Shown: in pieces, positions 46,517-61,423 of the stretch
Position numbering within the stretch: the first letter of the stretch is position 1
Layout of the letters: each line of letters opens with the position of its first letter
Assembly (NCBI RefSeq): GCF_009914755.1
Contig: NC_060931.1
Source of the DNA: the human T2T-CHM13v2.0 reference genome, Homo sapiens
Reading direction: 5' to 3' (one strand)
DNA: 64,000 nucleotides
Notes under the pieces: model-generated
Told to the model about the DNA's origin: nothing
What the model saw: the letters and a program-made list of their open reading frames with translations, nothing else
Databases searched by the model: none
Program-made: the position numbers and the translations under genes

Positions 46517-49190
46517 GTTAATGTCCTAATTATGTTGGTTCATATGTTTGCTTTATAATGTGTCTGCCTTTGACTTCCCTGTTCTTCTGTTTATGATTAC
46601 ACACTTTCATTTGATTGCTTCTTTGTATCTTCTTGGCATAGAATAAATGACCAGTGGGATACAGATGGAGAAGGGTGAGAGGAAAGACCATTTATTGAGT
46701 ACCTGCATTTGCCTTTACATCCATAATCTTAATTAATCTTAATAATTGACCCTATGATGAGGCAGGTGGTAACGTTTCTCATTTTATAGGTGTATAGTAC
46801 CCAGGGCTCAGATTATTTAAATAACTTATTCGTTCAAGACCACAAACTGGTGAATGGTCAATTTTGAACCTAGATCTGTATAACTTTATATCAGGAGATA
46901 GAACTTAATACAGTGATTTAAAAAGAAGTTTAGTATAAAGAATTTTTAAGCTGTGATAAAAGAGTCACTATAAGGTATAAAAAAACTCTAAAGGATGCTC
47001 TGGGCCTGAGGGAGATTATCCAAGGAATGACAAAATTGGAATGATGACCTCCTACCCTAGGTTGGGGTTCAGGCTTTGTTGGAGAAATTATAGTTAAACC
47101 CTACTGGATGGAGAGAAGGCCCTCTGTGTTGAGAGGGCCATGGAAAAATGATCTTCATGTTGGGCCAGGGCTGTGAGGTCACTGAGGGACTGTGTATATA
47201 GCTGGGGCAGAGCACAGGAGGAAGTACTCCACCCATACCTGCTGAAAAGCCCCTCCGTTCTACGAGACCTCCTGCCATTGAGTTTATAGCTCCCTCTACC
47301 ATTGAGCTTAGTGTTATGCTCACTCTGAGAAGAAATGCTGAAGAAATTCTGTCCATTATTGCAGAGTAGGTATTGAAGCATGCGTGAGAGGCAATTAATA
47401 AGTGGCACAAAGACCTGTGTTCTTTTTACTACATTCACACTCATGTTTGTTAACACATTTGAGCACTTGTCATCATAACGGTGTTGCCATCTTCCATGTT
47501 TTTTTTTTTTTTACAGGAGACTACCATCTAGGGTTGGTGACTAAAATTAAGAGTAATTTTCAACCTTTTGTATTTCGTGGAGATCACGCTCTGCCTCTTC
47601 CTCTCCAATATAAGAGGGGGGGTGGGTACTTAAATTTTTATTTTGTCACATAAGGATGTTTTAGTATTTTATTAAACATGCTTTATATTAAAAACAAGAT
47701 TAACAGCAAAGCAACCTATATAAATTATCACCATCATTTCCCATATTTTAACATAAAAACTAGGGTATATTATGTCCTAAAATAAAGGATAGGCTTTTAA
47801 ATTTAATAAATTTTACTTTAGTAAAGTAAAACAAATTTTCTCTTATTTTTATCATTTTTGCCTCAATTGGTGGACTGATCCTTGAGAAATGTTGCCATAC
47901 AAGATTGCTGGGATAGCGTAGAATCTACCATTGAATCTTGGAGAATCCCATGTGTTGATGTTCAGGACAAATGACTAAAGAATCTTACCTCTTCTTCCTT
48001 ATTGTCTATCCAAAAATAAAATATATAACAAATGATTTGATGTATTGACATGAATCTGTGGTCTGTATCATAGGCATAGGCATTACTCTAAGTTGGGCCT
48101 GAGAGTGGCCTAGTATTAGGGAGTTTAGTAAGCATTAAGTGTGCACCTTCAAGTTGGACTGTCTATGTTTGGATTCTAGTCTTTTTTTTTTAATAGCTAT
48201 AATTTTAGGCAAGTGATGTAACCTTTTTATGCCTCAGTTTCCTTAGCAGTGTTGAGAAGACTAAATGAGATGATCCATGAGAAACAACTAGCAGTTTCTG
48301 TAACATAATAAGTGGTCAGTAAATGTCTCCTTACTCTTACTACTGCCGTTACTGCTGCTACTAGTGCTTTCTTATTACCATTATTGCTCCACTTATTTTA
48401 GGTAATCATGGAGTATTAGCTCATGCATAGATTTTTTTTTTTTTTTTTTGGTAACTCTTCCAGTCCTGAGAATTGAAATTTTTGGTGATAAATTGTGGTG
48501 AATAAGTAAGGCAGTTTTGGAAAGACAGAACTTCCTTTTAGGGAAGAGAATTTATTTTACTGTTTTTCTTGTTGATAATTTAAAAGTTCTGTTAGGACAC
48601 TGTCAAGTAGTGGTTACTTCATGCTATCATAATAGACAAAACAACTGGCAAAGTTGTTTCTGAATGAAGAAAACTGAGGCCTCTTTACCATTTAGGTTTA
48701 CTGAGGGATTTTTTTTTGGATACTGTGGACGTTACATAAGTAGACACCTCCTGTGATGGTGCAATCTGGCAAAAATTCTTTTATATACTATTTGAACACT
48801 TGTGCTAATGTCTACACTTACCTGTAGGCTGTACTGGAAATTATAGGCCTTCACAATATTTCCAAGGACGTAATACTAGTTTGATTAAAGGTATAAAAAG
48901 CCAAGAAAATTCGAGAAGCCTTTTAGTATATGAGCTTCAAATGGAAAACAGGGAAAAAGAAAGAATATTGTATATAAAGAATAAAAAAGGTTTTGAAGTT
49001 CACCATCACATGAGATTAATTAGACTTTTTTCCTTCTATTCTTGATGGGAGCCACAAGTTCTACATAGAAAATGATGTGATTTAATGTAAGAAAACCAGT
49101 ACATTCTTGTCATTAAATTTTTATTTTATATCTTATGGAGAGTAAGACTTATAAACCTGACTGTGGGAAATTTTTTGGCATGCTCTCCTT

Positions 49191-52100
49191 TTTTATTTTT
49201 TATTTATAGTTTTACTATTTGTGGGTACATAGTAGATATGTATATTCATGGGGTACATGAGATGTTTTGATACAGGCATGCAATGTGAAATAAGCACATC
49301 ATGGAGAATGGGGTATCCATTTCTCAAACACTTGTCTTTTGAGTTACAAACAATCCAGTTACCCTCTTTAAGTTATTTTTAAGTGTACAATTTAGTTTTT
49401 CTTGACTGTAGTCACCCTGTTGTGCTATTAAACAGTAGGTCTTAGTCTTTCCACTTTTTCGACTCATTAACCATCTCCCACCTCCCCCCACCATTTCACC
49501 CTTTCCCTGCACTATCCTTCCCAACGTCTAGTAACCATCCTTCTCCTGTCTGTGTCCATGAGTTCAGTTGTTTGGTTTTTAGATCCCACAAATAAGTGAG
49601 AACATGTGATGTTTGTCTTGCTGTGCCTGGCTTATTTCACCTAACATAATGATCTCTAGTTCCACCCAAGTTGTTGCAAATGACTGGCTCTCATTCTTTT
49701 TTATGGCTTAGTACTCCATTGTGTATTGTGTACCACAATTTCTTTATCGGATTCGTCTGTTGGTGGAAACTTAGGTTGCTTCCAAATCTTAGCTATTGTA
49801 AACAGTGCTGCGACAAATATAGGAGTGCAGATATCTCTTTAATGTACTGATTTCCTTTCTTTCGGATGTATACCCAACAGTGCAGTTGCTGGATTATATG
49901 GCAGCTCAATTTTTAGGAACCTCCAAAGTTTTCTTCATCATGGTTGTACTAATTTACATTTCATGCAACAGTGTACAAGGGTTCCCTTTTCTCCACATTC
50001 TTGCCAACATTTGTTATTGCCTGTCTTTTGGATATAAGCTATTTTAACTGGGGTGAGATGATATTTCATGATAGTTTTGATTTGCATTTCTCTGATGATC
50101 AAGGATTTTGAGTCCCTTTTCATATGCCTGTTTTAGCATATGAGCTTCTTTTTATATGTCTTTTTTTGAGAAATGTCTATTCAAATCTTTTGTCTGTTTT
50201 TAATCAGATTATTAGATTTTTTCCTGTGGAGTTATTTGAACTCCTTGTATATTCTGGTTATTTATCCCTTGTTAGTTGGGTAATTTGCAAATATTTTCTC
50301 CCATTCTGTGGGTTGTCTCTTCAGTTTGATGATGTATTCTTTGCCCAGCTTGTTGTGATCCTGCTTTTTAAAAAAACCTGATATGATATCTTTCGTCTGT
50401 TTTTGCTTCGGTTGCTTGTGCTTGTGGAGTTTCGCTCAAGAAATTTTACCCAGAGCAATGTCCTGGATTCCCCAATGTTTTCTTGTAGTATTTTCATAGT
50501 TTGAGGTCTTAGATTTAAGTCTTTAATCCATTTTGATTTGATTTTTGTATATGGCAAGAGATGGCGTCTAGTTTCCTTCTTCTGCATATGGATATGCAGT
50601 TTTTCCAGCACCATTTGTTGAAGAAACTGTCTTTTCCCATATATATGTTCCTGGCACCTTTGTTAGGCACTAAGTTCACTTAGGTGCGTGGAATTGTTTC
50701 TGAGTTCTGTATTTTGTTCCTTTGTTCTGTGTATTTGTTTTATGACAGTACCATGCTGTTTTGGCTACTGTAGGTTTGTGGTATAATTTGAAGTCAGGTA
50801 GTATGATTCTTTTTTGCTTAGGATAGCTTTGGCTCTTCTGGGTCTTTTGTGGTTCCGTATACATTTTAGGATTATTTTTTCTATTTCTGTGAAGAATGTC
50901 ATTGGTATTTTGATAGGGATTGCATTGAATCTGTAGATTGCTTTGGGTAGTATGGGCATTTTAACAATATTGATTCTTCCAGTTTGTGGACATGGAATAT
51001 TTTTCCATTTTTTGGTGTCGTCTTCAATTTCTTTCATCAGTGTTTTATAGTTGTTATTATAGAAATCTTTTACTTCTTTAAGTTAATTCCTAGGTATTTA
51101 ATCTTATGTGTGGCTATTGTAAATGCCATTACTTTTAAAATTTCTTTTTCAGATTATTCACTGTTGTCACGTAGACATGCTCCTGATTTTTGTATGTTGC
51201 TTTTGTCTTTTGCAACTTTACTGAATTTATCGGTTCTAATAGTTTTCTTATGAGGTCTTTAGGTTTTTCCAAATACAACATTATATTACCTGCTAACAAG
51301 AATAATTTGACTTCTTTCTTTCCAATTTGGATGCCCTTTTTATCTTTCTGTTGTCTGATTGCCGGAAGCTAGGGCTTCCAGTACTATGTTGAATAACAGT
51401 GGTGACAGTGGGCCTGCTTGTCGTGTTCCAGATCTTAGAGGAAAAGCTTACAGTTTTTCCCATTCAGTACGATACTAGCTGTGGGTCTGTCATATATCGC
51501 TTTTATTATGTTGAGGTATGTCTTTCTATCCCGTTTTTGGGGAGTTTTTATGATGAAGGGATGTTGAATTTTATTAAATGCTTTTTCAGCATCAGTTGAA
51601 ATGATCATATGGTTTTTATCCTTCATCCTGTTGATGTGATGTATCATGTTGATTGACTTGCTTATGTTGAACCATGCTTGCAACTCAGGGATAAATCCTA
51701 CTTGGTCATAATGATCTTTCTAACGTATTGTTAAATTCGGTTTGCTGGTATTTTGTTGAGGATCTTTGCGTCAGTGTTCATCAGAGATACTGGCCTGTAG
51801 TTTTCTTTTTTTGATGTGCCTTTGGCTGGTTTTGGTATCAGAGTAACACTGGCCTCATAGAATGAGTTTGGAAATATTCCCTCTTCCTCTGTTTTTTGGA
51901 ATAGTTTGAGTAAGATTGGTATTAGTTCTTCTTTAAGTGTTTGGTAAAATTCAGCAGCGAAGCCATCAGGTCAAGCAGTCCCAGGCTTTTCTTTACCGGG
52001 AGACTTTATTATGGCTTCAATCTCGTTACTTGTTATTGGTCTGTACAGGCTTTGGATTTCTTCATGGTTCAATCTTGGTAGGTTGTATGTGTCTAGGAGT

Positions 52101-52551
52101 TCATCCATTTCTTTTAGATTTTCTAATTTATTGGCATATAGTTGCTCATAGTAGCTGCTAATGATCCTTTGAATTTCTGCAATATCAGTTATAATGTCTC
52201 CTTTTTTATTTCTAATTTTATTTACTTGTATCTTCTCTCTTTTTTCCTCAGCCTGGCTAAAGGTTTGTCAGTGTTGTTTACCTTTTCAAAATACTAACAT
52301 TTTGTTTCATTGATCTTTTGTATATGTTTTTTATTTCAATTTTATTTATTTCTGCTCTGATCTTTATTAATCTACTAATTTTGGGTTTGGTTTGCTCTTG
52401 CTTTCCTAGTTCTTTAAGATATGTCATTGGATTGTTTATTTGAAGTTTTTTCTCTTTTGATGTAGGTACCTATAGCTATAAACCTCCCTCTTAGTAGGGC
52501 TTTTGCTGTATCCCATAGATTTTGGTATGTTGTGTTTCCATTACTATTCGT
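49191..52551 (-). mobile_element. 5'-truncated LINE-1 (L1MA1/2-like), antisense in intron 5
   Basis: ORF2 remnants ([42 protein letters not shown]; KWKNIPC...[26 protein letters not shown]) and an L1MA-type 3'UTR with poly(A). Degenerate TSD CATGCTCTCCTT 49179-49190 / CATACTCTTCTT 52552-52563. Confidence 0.9.
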
Positions 52552-52694
52552 CATACTCTTCTTCTTTATGTCCTTTGTTGGGTGTCCTCCCAGCTGTTCT
52601 GAAATGAAATATGGCTTTGAACTAAATTCCTTAATTTTTAAAAATAAGCTTTATGTTGCAATAGAAGGCAGCATTGAAATCTTTATGTCTCAGT

Positions 52695-53288
52695 TCTTTC
52701 TTTTTTTTTTTCCAATCAGACGGGGCCTGGCTCTGTTCCCCAGGCTAAAGTGCAGTGGCACGATATTGGCTCACTGTAACCTCTGCCTCCTGGGCTCAGG
52801 TGATCCTCCCACTGAAGCTTCCTGAGTAGTGCAGGTTATAGGTGTGCGCCACCACACCAGGCTAATGTTTGTATTTTTCTGTAGAGACGAGGTTTCAACC
52901 TGTTGCCCAGGCTGGTCTTGAGCTCCTGGGCTCAAGCAGTCCTCCCACCTCAGCCTTCCAAACTGTTAGGATTACTGTACCTGGCCAATTTTTTCTTTTT
53001 TTCTGGAGAGAACGTCTGGCTTTGTCACCCTGACTGGAGTGCAGTGGCATGATCTTGGCTCATTGTAAACCCCCGCCTCCTAGGCTCAAGCAGTCCTCCT
53101 ACCTCAGCCTCCCAAGTAGCTGGGACTACAGGGGCATGCCACGACACCTGGCTAAATTTTGTATTTTTTGTAGCGATGGGGTTTCACCATGTTGCGCAGG
53201 CTGGTCTCAAACTCCTGAGCTTAAGTGATCCTCCTACCTCTGCCTCCCAAAGTGCTGGGATTACAGGCATGAGCCACTGTGCCTGACC
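52695..53288 (-). mobile_element. Two tandem antisense AluJ-like elements
   Basis: Alu consensus matches. Confidence 0.85.
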
Positions 53289-55477
53289 ACTTCTTTCTTT
53301 TTTTTTCTTTAAAATTCTAGATTTAGTAAGTCTTAGTTCTGTCCCTTGCTAGACTTGTTATATTTGAAAATCAGTTAATTTTTCTGAAACCAATTCTTCA
53401 TATGTAAATGAACAACCTCCTACTCAACAGAAGCTTTTAGGCTTTTTTTTCCTTGTAGTTAACATTTCTTGAGTGAAGACAGTGAGCCACACTCTGCTGT
53501 AAGCACTTCACATACATCTTTATAACTTCCAAACTACCTTTATGGTGCTCTGTGCCTAGTAGACACTTATAATTGATTACTGAATGAAGGAATGAAAATA
53601 ACGTACTTGACGTGAATTTGTTTTACATGCTGTAAAGGCATTACTGATACAGAGCACTTCAAACTCCAATTTTATTGATTAATATAGTTTTCATTCTTAA
53701 ATGAGTCTTTTGAGAAGTATCACTCTACTTAGTCTGCTTTATTAAAATATATGAATTTACAATAATCTGTTAATAGTTTGTGCTAGGATGACAATTCTGA
53801 CTGTTTTTTGGTGGTTTTATGTGATGCTTATTTCCTGTTCCTTTCCCCAGTCAGCATCTGTCATAATAGCTCCAAGCAAAATTAATGGTAAAGTAACAAG
53901 GAAGATTTTTTTTTAAATTGTAGATTTGTCTTAGTTACAAAGTTATAAATAATGTGCATCTAAACAGATGAGCAAGAAACTATTTACAGCTGGTATTAAA
54001 AGGGACCATAGTTGTCTCGGCCATGATTTTCATTGACTTTGATAGGTATTTTAATGAGGACTCAAGTTGGTATCCTCACATGAGTGGTTGGGAGAATGAT
54101 ATACTTGTATGCCAGTCACATTGAAATGGCAGTTTAAATCTGTAGTACTTGTGTACTACATTTTAAGAAGGTCAGTATGAAGCAAGCAGCCAGCTGTTAG
54201 GTTTATCAAAGATAAACTCCTACAGAGTATAGCGACATTTAATACATCAGTGGAGCATGAAAAAACTGAACAAATTAAATTGAGAAAGCAGCTGCTTGTT
54301 GAAGACGTGTATCTTTATATTGAACTCCATAGGATGTATTTGGGAGGTTGGATTAAAACATTCTATCAAGAAAATCTCAAAACCTTGGCTTTTTTCCCCA
54401 ATAAAAAAGATAATTTTTTAAAAAGATTTAGAACTATTTTTCCCAGTGCCTCTAGAGAATAATTTTTGGTCTTAGTCCTCTAAAACTCATAATGCACCAC
54501 AAAAACCAGAACCATGTAGCATGCATAGCCTCTGAAGTTGTGATAAAGCAGAATTTGTTGTTAATATATTCACAGGGTTAATAGAGATTTGCTGCTGTGA
54601 CCCTCTTTCTTACAAAAGTGCTAAGATCTACTGTTTAAATTTCAAAGTCAGTGATGCCACATTTTGTTTTGTTGTAAGCAAGCAGAAAGAGTGCCTAATA
54701 TATTAAAAAAGGTTCAGAGCAGTTTTTAAAAAATGAAATTAGAAACAACTGCAATTTTTTTCAGTGTACTGAAACTCTGAGCATTCTTTGTTTTAGTCTT
54801 ATAGCATCATTCAAACTTTAATAAATATTTATATTTGGGGCATATAAATTTTAGTATATAGATTGTATGGTAAACAGATAAGATGAATAAAAATGTGAAT
54901 TGCTTATTCTGTACCTTTTCCCAGCAGTTTTAATCTGGAAAGGAAGTTAAAACTGTATACAAAAATTGTAAAATATGTCCTTAAAGATTATTACCCCAGC
55001 AGCTTTTGGAAAAGAGTAATAAGAGAAATTTTACCTAATTACTGCAGAGTAAATTCACAGTTATTAAATTAGTATCCTTAATTCTCAAAGGGTTTGAAAT
55101 AATGAACGTGACTACCTTTCCTTGCATATGAAAATGATGTTTTGTTTCATTTGAATAGTAGTTTTATGCAAATATTTAAGAATAGATAAGTGCAAAGTGC
55201 AGTGAGTGAATTTTAAGTGAAAGGCAATTATAGTTGTTAGCTCTCAGTTTTGGCTAAGCTGCTGGAAAAGTAATTTCAGTCCCCTTTTTTGTAACTAAGT
55301 GTTATTCTGTAGGTGTTTCATATTTTTTAATGATGTGCCTGAGATTGCGAGATTTTAACATTTGATTACAGAATTCTCTTGGTAGTATTTTGAGATGGCA
55401 AGCGTTTTATATGTTTGTTTTGTGTGTGGGAATTTTATTAAAAGATTTGATAGCAAAATCATATCTTCTCTTCTTAG

Positions 55478-55589
55478 ATGGGTTCATATTGTTTGTGCCC
55501 TGTATGTTCCTGGAGTAGCCTTTGGAGATATTGACAAATTACGACCAGTAACACTAACGGAAATGAACTATTCCAAATATGGTGCCAAG
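55478..55589 (+). CDS. PHF14: PHF14 exon 6 (Zn knuckle)
   Basis: Acceptor cttctcttcttAG|ATGGGT, donor CCAAG|GTGAGA; 112 nt; RWVHIVCALYVPGVAFGDIDKLRPVTLTEMNYSKYGAK. Confidence 0.96.
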
Positions 55590-56159
55590 GTGAGACACAA
55601 AGCATTTTTGATTGCTTGAAAGAGAAAGGTTTTACTTGTTAGTTTACCTGGCTTTTTATTTGTATTATGTTGACTGCAGAAATGCTTACTAGGAATCATT
55701 CTATTTAGCACTAAATCATTTATTATTGATAGTAGTTTTCCTAGAAAGCCAATAATGCATAAATTCTTCTATACATTCTTAATTTAGAGTAACGTATGAG
55801 GTAAAATGATAATTGGTACTACTACCATTTCCCTGGCAGTGTTCACAATGCCTAATACATAGACCAAAACCTTATTTACAATTAGATGGATCAAATATAA
55901 GCCTAATTTCTGACTTTACTTTTGAAGTGGAATTTGTCAAAATTATGAAAAAGAATATTAGAAGTGATCTTTGATGCTGTTACTGTAATTGTTTTGGGGC
56001 GTGCCGTTAACATGCCCTTAATAGATGGTGAACTTAATTGATATATGTTATGTGTGTTCTGACTGCTTCACCAACCTGGTGTTCCCCTATCTTTCTCCCT
56101 GACTTGGTTGGGGCCTCTCTGTTCGCTGAGACACAGTGAAATTGAAATTTGGCCAATTA

Positions 56160-56511
<352 letters not shown>

Positions 56512-58122
56512 TCATACATCTGTCACTTTAAATTAAAAGCTAGAAATGATTAAGCTTAGTGAGGAAGGCATGTCGAAAGCCTAGGTAGGCCAAAAGCTGG
56601 GCCTCTTCTGCCGAATAGCCAGTATGTCAGTGCAAAGGAAAAGCTCTTGAAGGAAATTGAAAGTGCTACTCCAGCAAACACATGAATGATAAGAAAGTGA
56701 AGCTGCCTTATTGCTGATAATGGAGAAAATTTTAATAGTAGGGATAGATCATAGCAGCCACAACATTCCCTTAAGCCAAAACCTCATCCAGAGCATGACC
56801 CTAACTGTTCAATATTGTGAAGGCTGAGAGAGGTGAGGAAGCTGCAGAAGAAAGGTTGAAAGGTAGCAGAGGTTGGTTCATGAGGTTTAAGGAAAGAAGC
56901 CATCTCCGTAATATAAAAGATGAAGAAGATGCAGCAGGTACTGATGGAGAAGCATCAGCAAGTTATTCAGAAGATTTAGCTAAGACAAATGATGAAGATT
57001 TGTACATTCAACAAAGATTTTCAATGTAGATGAAACAGTCTTCTATTGGAAGAAGATGCCATCTAGGACTTACCATAGCTAGAGAGGAGAAGTCACTATC
57101 TGGCTTCTAAGGGCAGGCTGTCTCTCTTGTTTAGAGGTGAATGCGGCTGGTGACTTTAAGTTGAAGCCAGTGCTCCTATACTATTGTGAAAATCCTAGAG
57201 CCCTTAAGAATTATGTTAAATCTACTCTGCCTGTGCTCTGTAAATGGAACAACAAAGCCTGTGCACAGCACATCTGTGTACCGCATGGTTTACTGGATAT
57301 TTTAAGCCCCTTGTTGAGACTTACTGCTCAGAAAAAAGATTCCTTTCAAAAGATTACTGCTTATCGACAGTGCACCTGGTGGTCACCCAAGAGCTCTGAT
57401 GAAGTACAAGGAGATTAATGTGTTTTCCTGCCTGCTGTCACAACAGCCATTCTGAAGCCCATGGATCAAGGAGTCATTTTGACTTTAAAGTCTGATTATT
57501 TAAGAAATACATTTCATAAGGCTATAGCTGCCATACATAGTGATTCCTCTGATGGATCTGGGCAAAGTAAATTGAAAACCTTCTAGAAAGGGGTCACTTT
57601 TTTAGATGTCATTAAGAATATTTATGATTCATGGGAGGAGGTCAAAATATCCATATTAACAGGAGTTTGGAAGAAGTTGATTGCAGCCTTCATGGATAAC
57701 TTTGAAGGGGTTGAAGAATTCAGTGGAGGAAGTCACTGCAGATGTGGCAGAAATAACAAGATAACTAGAATTAGAAGTGTAGCCAAAGGTGACTGAACTG
57801 CTGCGATCTCATGATAAAAATTTGAACAGATGAGAAGTTACTTCTCATGGATGAGTGAAGAAAGTGGTTTCTCGAGTTGGAATCTACTCCTGGTGAAGAT
57901 GCTATGAACATTGTTAAAATTACAACAAAAGACTTAGGATATTACATAAACTTGATTGATTAAGCAGGAAGAGGGTTTGAGAGGATTGACTCCAATTTTG
58001 AAGGAAGTTCTACCATGGGTAAAATGCTGTCAAATAGCATCACGTGCCACAGAGAAATCTTTCATAAAAGGAAGGATGAATCTATGCAGCAAACTTCATT
58101 GTTTTATTTTAAGAACTTGCCA

Positions 58123-58741
<619 letters not shown>

Positions 58742-60619
58742 AGAAATTGCCACAGCCACTCCAACTTTCAGCAACCACCACCACCCCCATCCGTCAGTGG
58801 CCATCCACATCAAAGCAACATCTTTCACCAGCAAAAAGATTATGACTTGCTGAAGGCTCAAGTGATCATTAACATTTTTTAGCAATAAAGTATTCTTAAA
58901 TTAATGTACTTAACATTTTAAAAATACATAATGTTATTATGCATTTAATAGACTACAGATAGTATAAACCTAACTTGAAAATACATGGAGAAACTAAAAA
59001 ATTCTCGTGATTTGTTTTATTGTGATACTTTATTGAAGTGGTCTGGAGCTGAACTTGGGTTATCTCTGATGTATGCTTGTAAATTTAACAGAGGTTATTT
59101 GAGCATTAACAGATGTATTTATTGGGCAGCACTTAGAACTAGAAAAGGCTCAGAGATGCCCACTTCAATAGTGTGAGCAGTGGGCTTCTATTGGCTGAAT
59201 GTGGAACCAAAGTAAGGAAATTACTTAATTGACTACAGCTGTGTTGTTTTTCTGTATGGGTATGATTTAGTAGAAAGTGTCCAGTTACATTATCTGATGT
59301 CTAGTTGGCTGTTGTGGTTAGTTGAAGCTTGTTTTTTTTTTTTTTTTAAATTTAATTTATTACAAGGAATTTTTCTAAATTAAATTTCACCTTGTGTAAA
59401 GTTCCATGTACAGAAACAGGTCCAGGCTAATTTCCTCTTGCTTATTTTGCTTTAAGAAAACATCACTGGGAAACTGAGTTGAAAATTAGGTACTCTCTGG
59501 CTTCTCTGCAAAATCAGATACAATGTTGTAAATCATGACTGGGACAGCCTTCTAGACCTCATTGTCTACTCATTTTCCAATCTGAATTATGTTCTCCTGT
59601 GTTCTCAGTTGCTTAGTTCACTAGCATTTTAAATGATTCAGGCGATTGAGGAAGATTCTGTTTTCTTTGATAGATTGTTTTATAGTCTAAAAAGGCTGTC
59701 AGGAATATTTTCCTTATATTCACTCTGAAATCCCGTGCTCAATTTCAACATATTACATGAAATTATCCAGATAATCTAAACAATATGTCTCTGTTCACAG
59801 TGTGGACATCCTTTAAATAATTTAATTTCTCTTTATCTCTCTCGCTCAATCTCATGTTTAGATTGCTATTTGCCAGTATATTATACCATTTATGTTCTAC
59901 TGTTATTAGAGAAATTATATTAACTAGGCAGTAGGATGTCAGGATTTGACTATTGAAGTTTTTAAGTTTTCCTTGTATTTGTTTCCTTCTTATGTAGTTC
60001 ACTTTGAATACTTATATTAAACAATTCTTTAATTGTCCATTGTCAGTCTTTCATAATTTAACATCTTTTTCTTTTATGAAGATTTCTGTTACCAGAGTAG
60101 TTTAAACTTTTAGACTAGCTAATTCCCCCTTTTTCTTTTAAGAGATAGTTAAAGGAATAAAAAAATAAATAAATCTGAGAGGATTTGCGGTAATTTCAAC
60201 AGTTCATACCTTGGTTTTATAAATTTTCTCTTTTTATACAGAAAGAATGTACATAATTGACTGTGTTGTATATTACTACCAATTTCACCTGATTATTAAC
60301 CTAAAATTACTTTTAGTTGTCTTAAAGATAAAACATGCATGATTTCTAGGTTGTAATGCCTAGATTTTTTGTTGGATTTTCTCTGGTCTCTTGTTTCCTT
60401 TTCCAAGCAATTTTATATTGTTTAAGAATTAGTATAGCTTGATGGTGGGCTTTAAAGTAAGATTGTCCTGGTTTGAAGCCTTACATTTACTTTCTTTGTT
60501 ATTTTTGGCAAGCAGATTTCTTAACTTGTCTTTACTTTAATTTCCTCATGTGTAAAATGGGAATAGTTATAGTATCTCTTCTTCATAGTAGTTGTGTTTA
60601 ATGATTACATATATTTATA

Positions 60620-60982
60620 CATATAGTCCTTGACTTATGATGGGTTTACATCCTGATAAATCCATTGTAAGTTTAAAATATTTTAAGTTGAGATTAATTT
60701 AATACACCTAACTTACTGAGCACAGCTTAGTGTTGCCTACCTTTAATATGCTTGGAACATTTACATTAGCCTACACTTGAACACAATCATCTGACACAAA
60801 ACTTTATTTTATAATAAAATGTTAACTATCTCATGTAATTTATTGAATACCCTACTGAAAGTGGAAAACAGAATGGTCGTATGGGTACTGAAAGTGTGGA
60901 TTCTGCTGAGCGTGTATTGTTTTTGCAACATTGTAAAGTTAAAAAATTAGAAGTGGAACTGTTGTAAACTGGGGACTGTCTG
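60620..60982 (+). mobile_element. MER47A-like Tigger MITE nested in a MIR (~60430-61070)
   Basis: GTCCTTGACTTATGATGG...GGGGACTGTCTG-TA. The MIR core TTTCCTCATGTGTAAAATGGGAATA precedes it and GTAAAGTGCTTAGAATAGTGACTGGCACATAGTAAG follows. Confidence 0.7.
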
Positions 60983-61285
60983 TATATGTAAAGTGCTTAG
61001 AATAGTGACTGGCACATAGTAAGTCCTCAAATAATTTTAATTATGGTTGTATTATTATTTATTATCATTAAATTAGTTGAATTTTGATTTATTTGAACCA
61101 TATAGGTAATTACGTTTTTTCATATAAACTCTTGGCTCGCCTATGATTATTGTTTGTATTGGTACATAATTGGTTCATTATTTGTATTTAGCATTTTAAA
61201 TATTTAGTGGACACTTTGTATGAGAATGCAGTCTTTAGTCTGGAAATAAGTTTGCTTTGAGAATTTTTCTGTTACTTTGTTGTAG

Positions 61286-61423
61286 GAGTGTAGCTTTTGT
61301 GAAGACCCTCGCTTTGCTAGAACTGGGGTTTGCATTAGCTGTGATGCAGGGATGTGCAGAGCCTATTTCCATGTGACCTGTGCTCAAAAGGAAGGTCTGC
61401 TTTCAGAGGCAGCGGCGGAAGAG
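61286..61423 (+). CDS. PHF14: PHF14 exon 7 (PHD2 of PZP module)
   Basis: Acceptor ctttgttgtAG|GAGTGT, donor GAAGAG|GTAGGT; 138 nt; ECSFCEDPRFARTGVCISCDAGMCRAYFHVTCAQKEGLLSEAAAEE (not in the supplied ORF track; translated by hand). Confidence 0.96.

Noticed and set aside
47069-47456. 113-aa and 120-aa minus-strand ORFs
   Set aside because: No recognisable homology, non-ATG starts, probably decayed repeat sequence
49191-52551. Active LINE-1
   Set aside because: 5'-truncated, fragmented ORF2 with internal deletions, old subfamily
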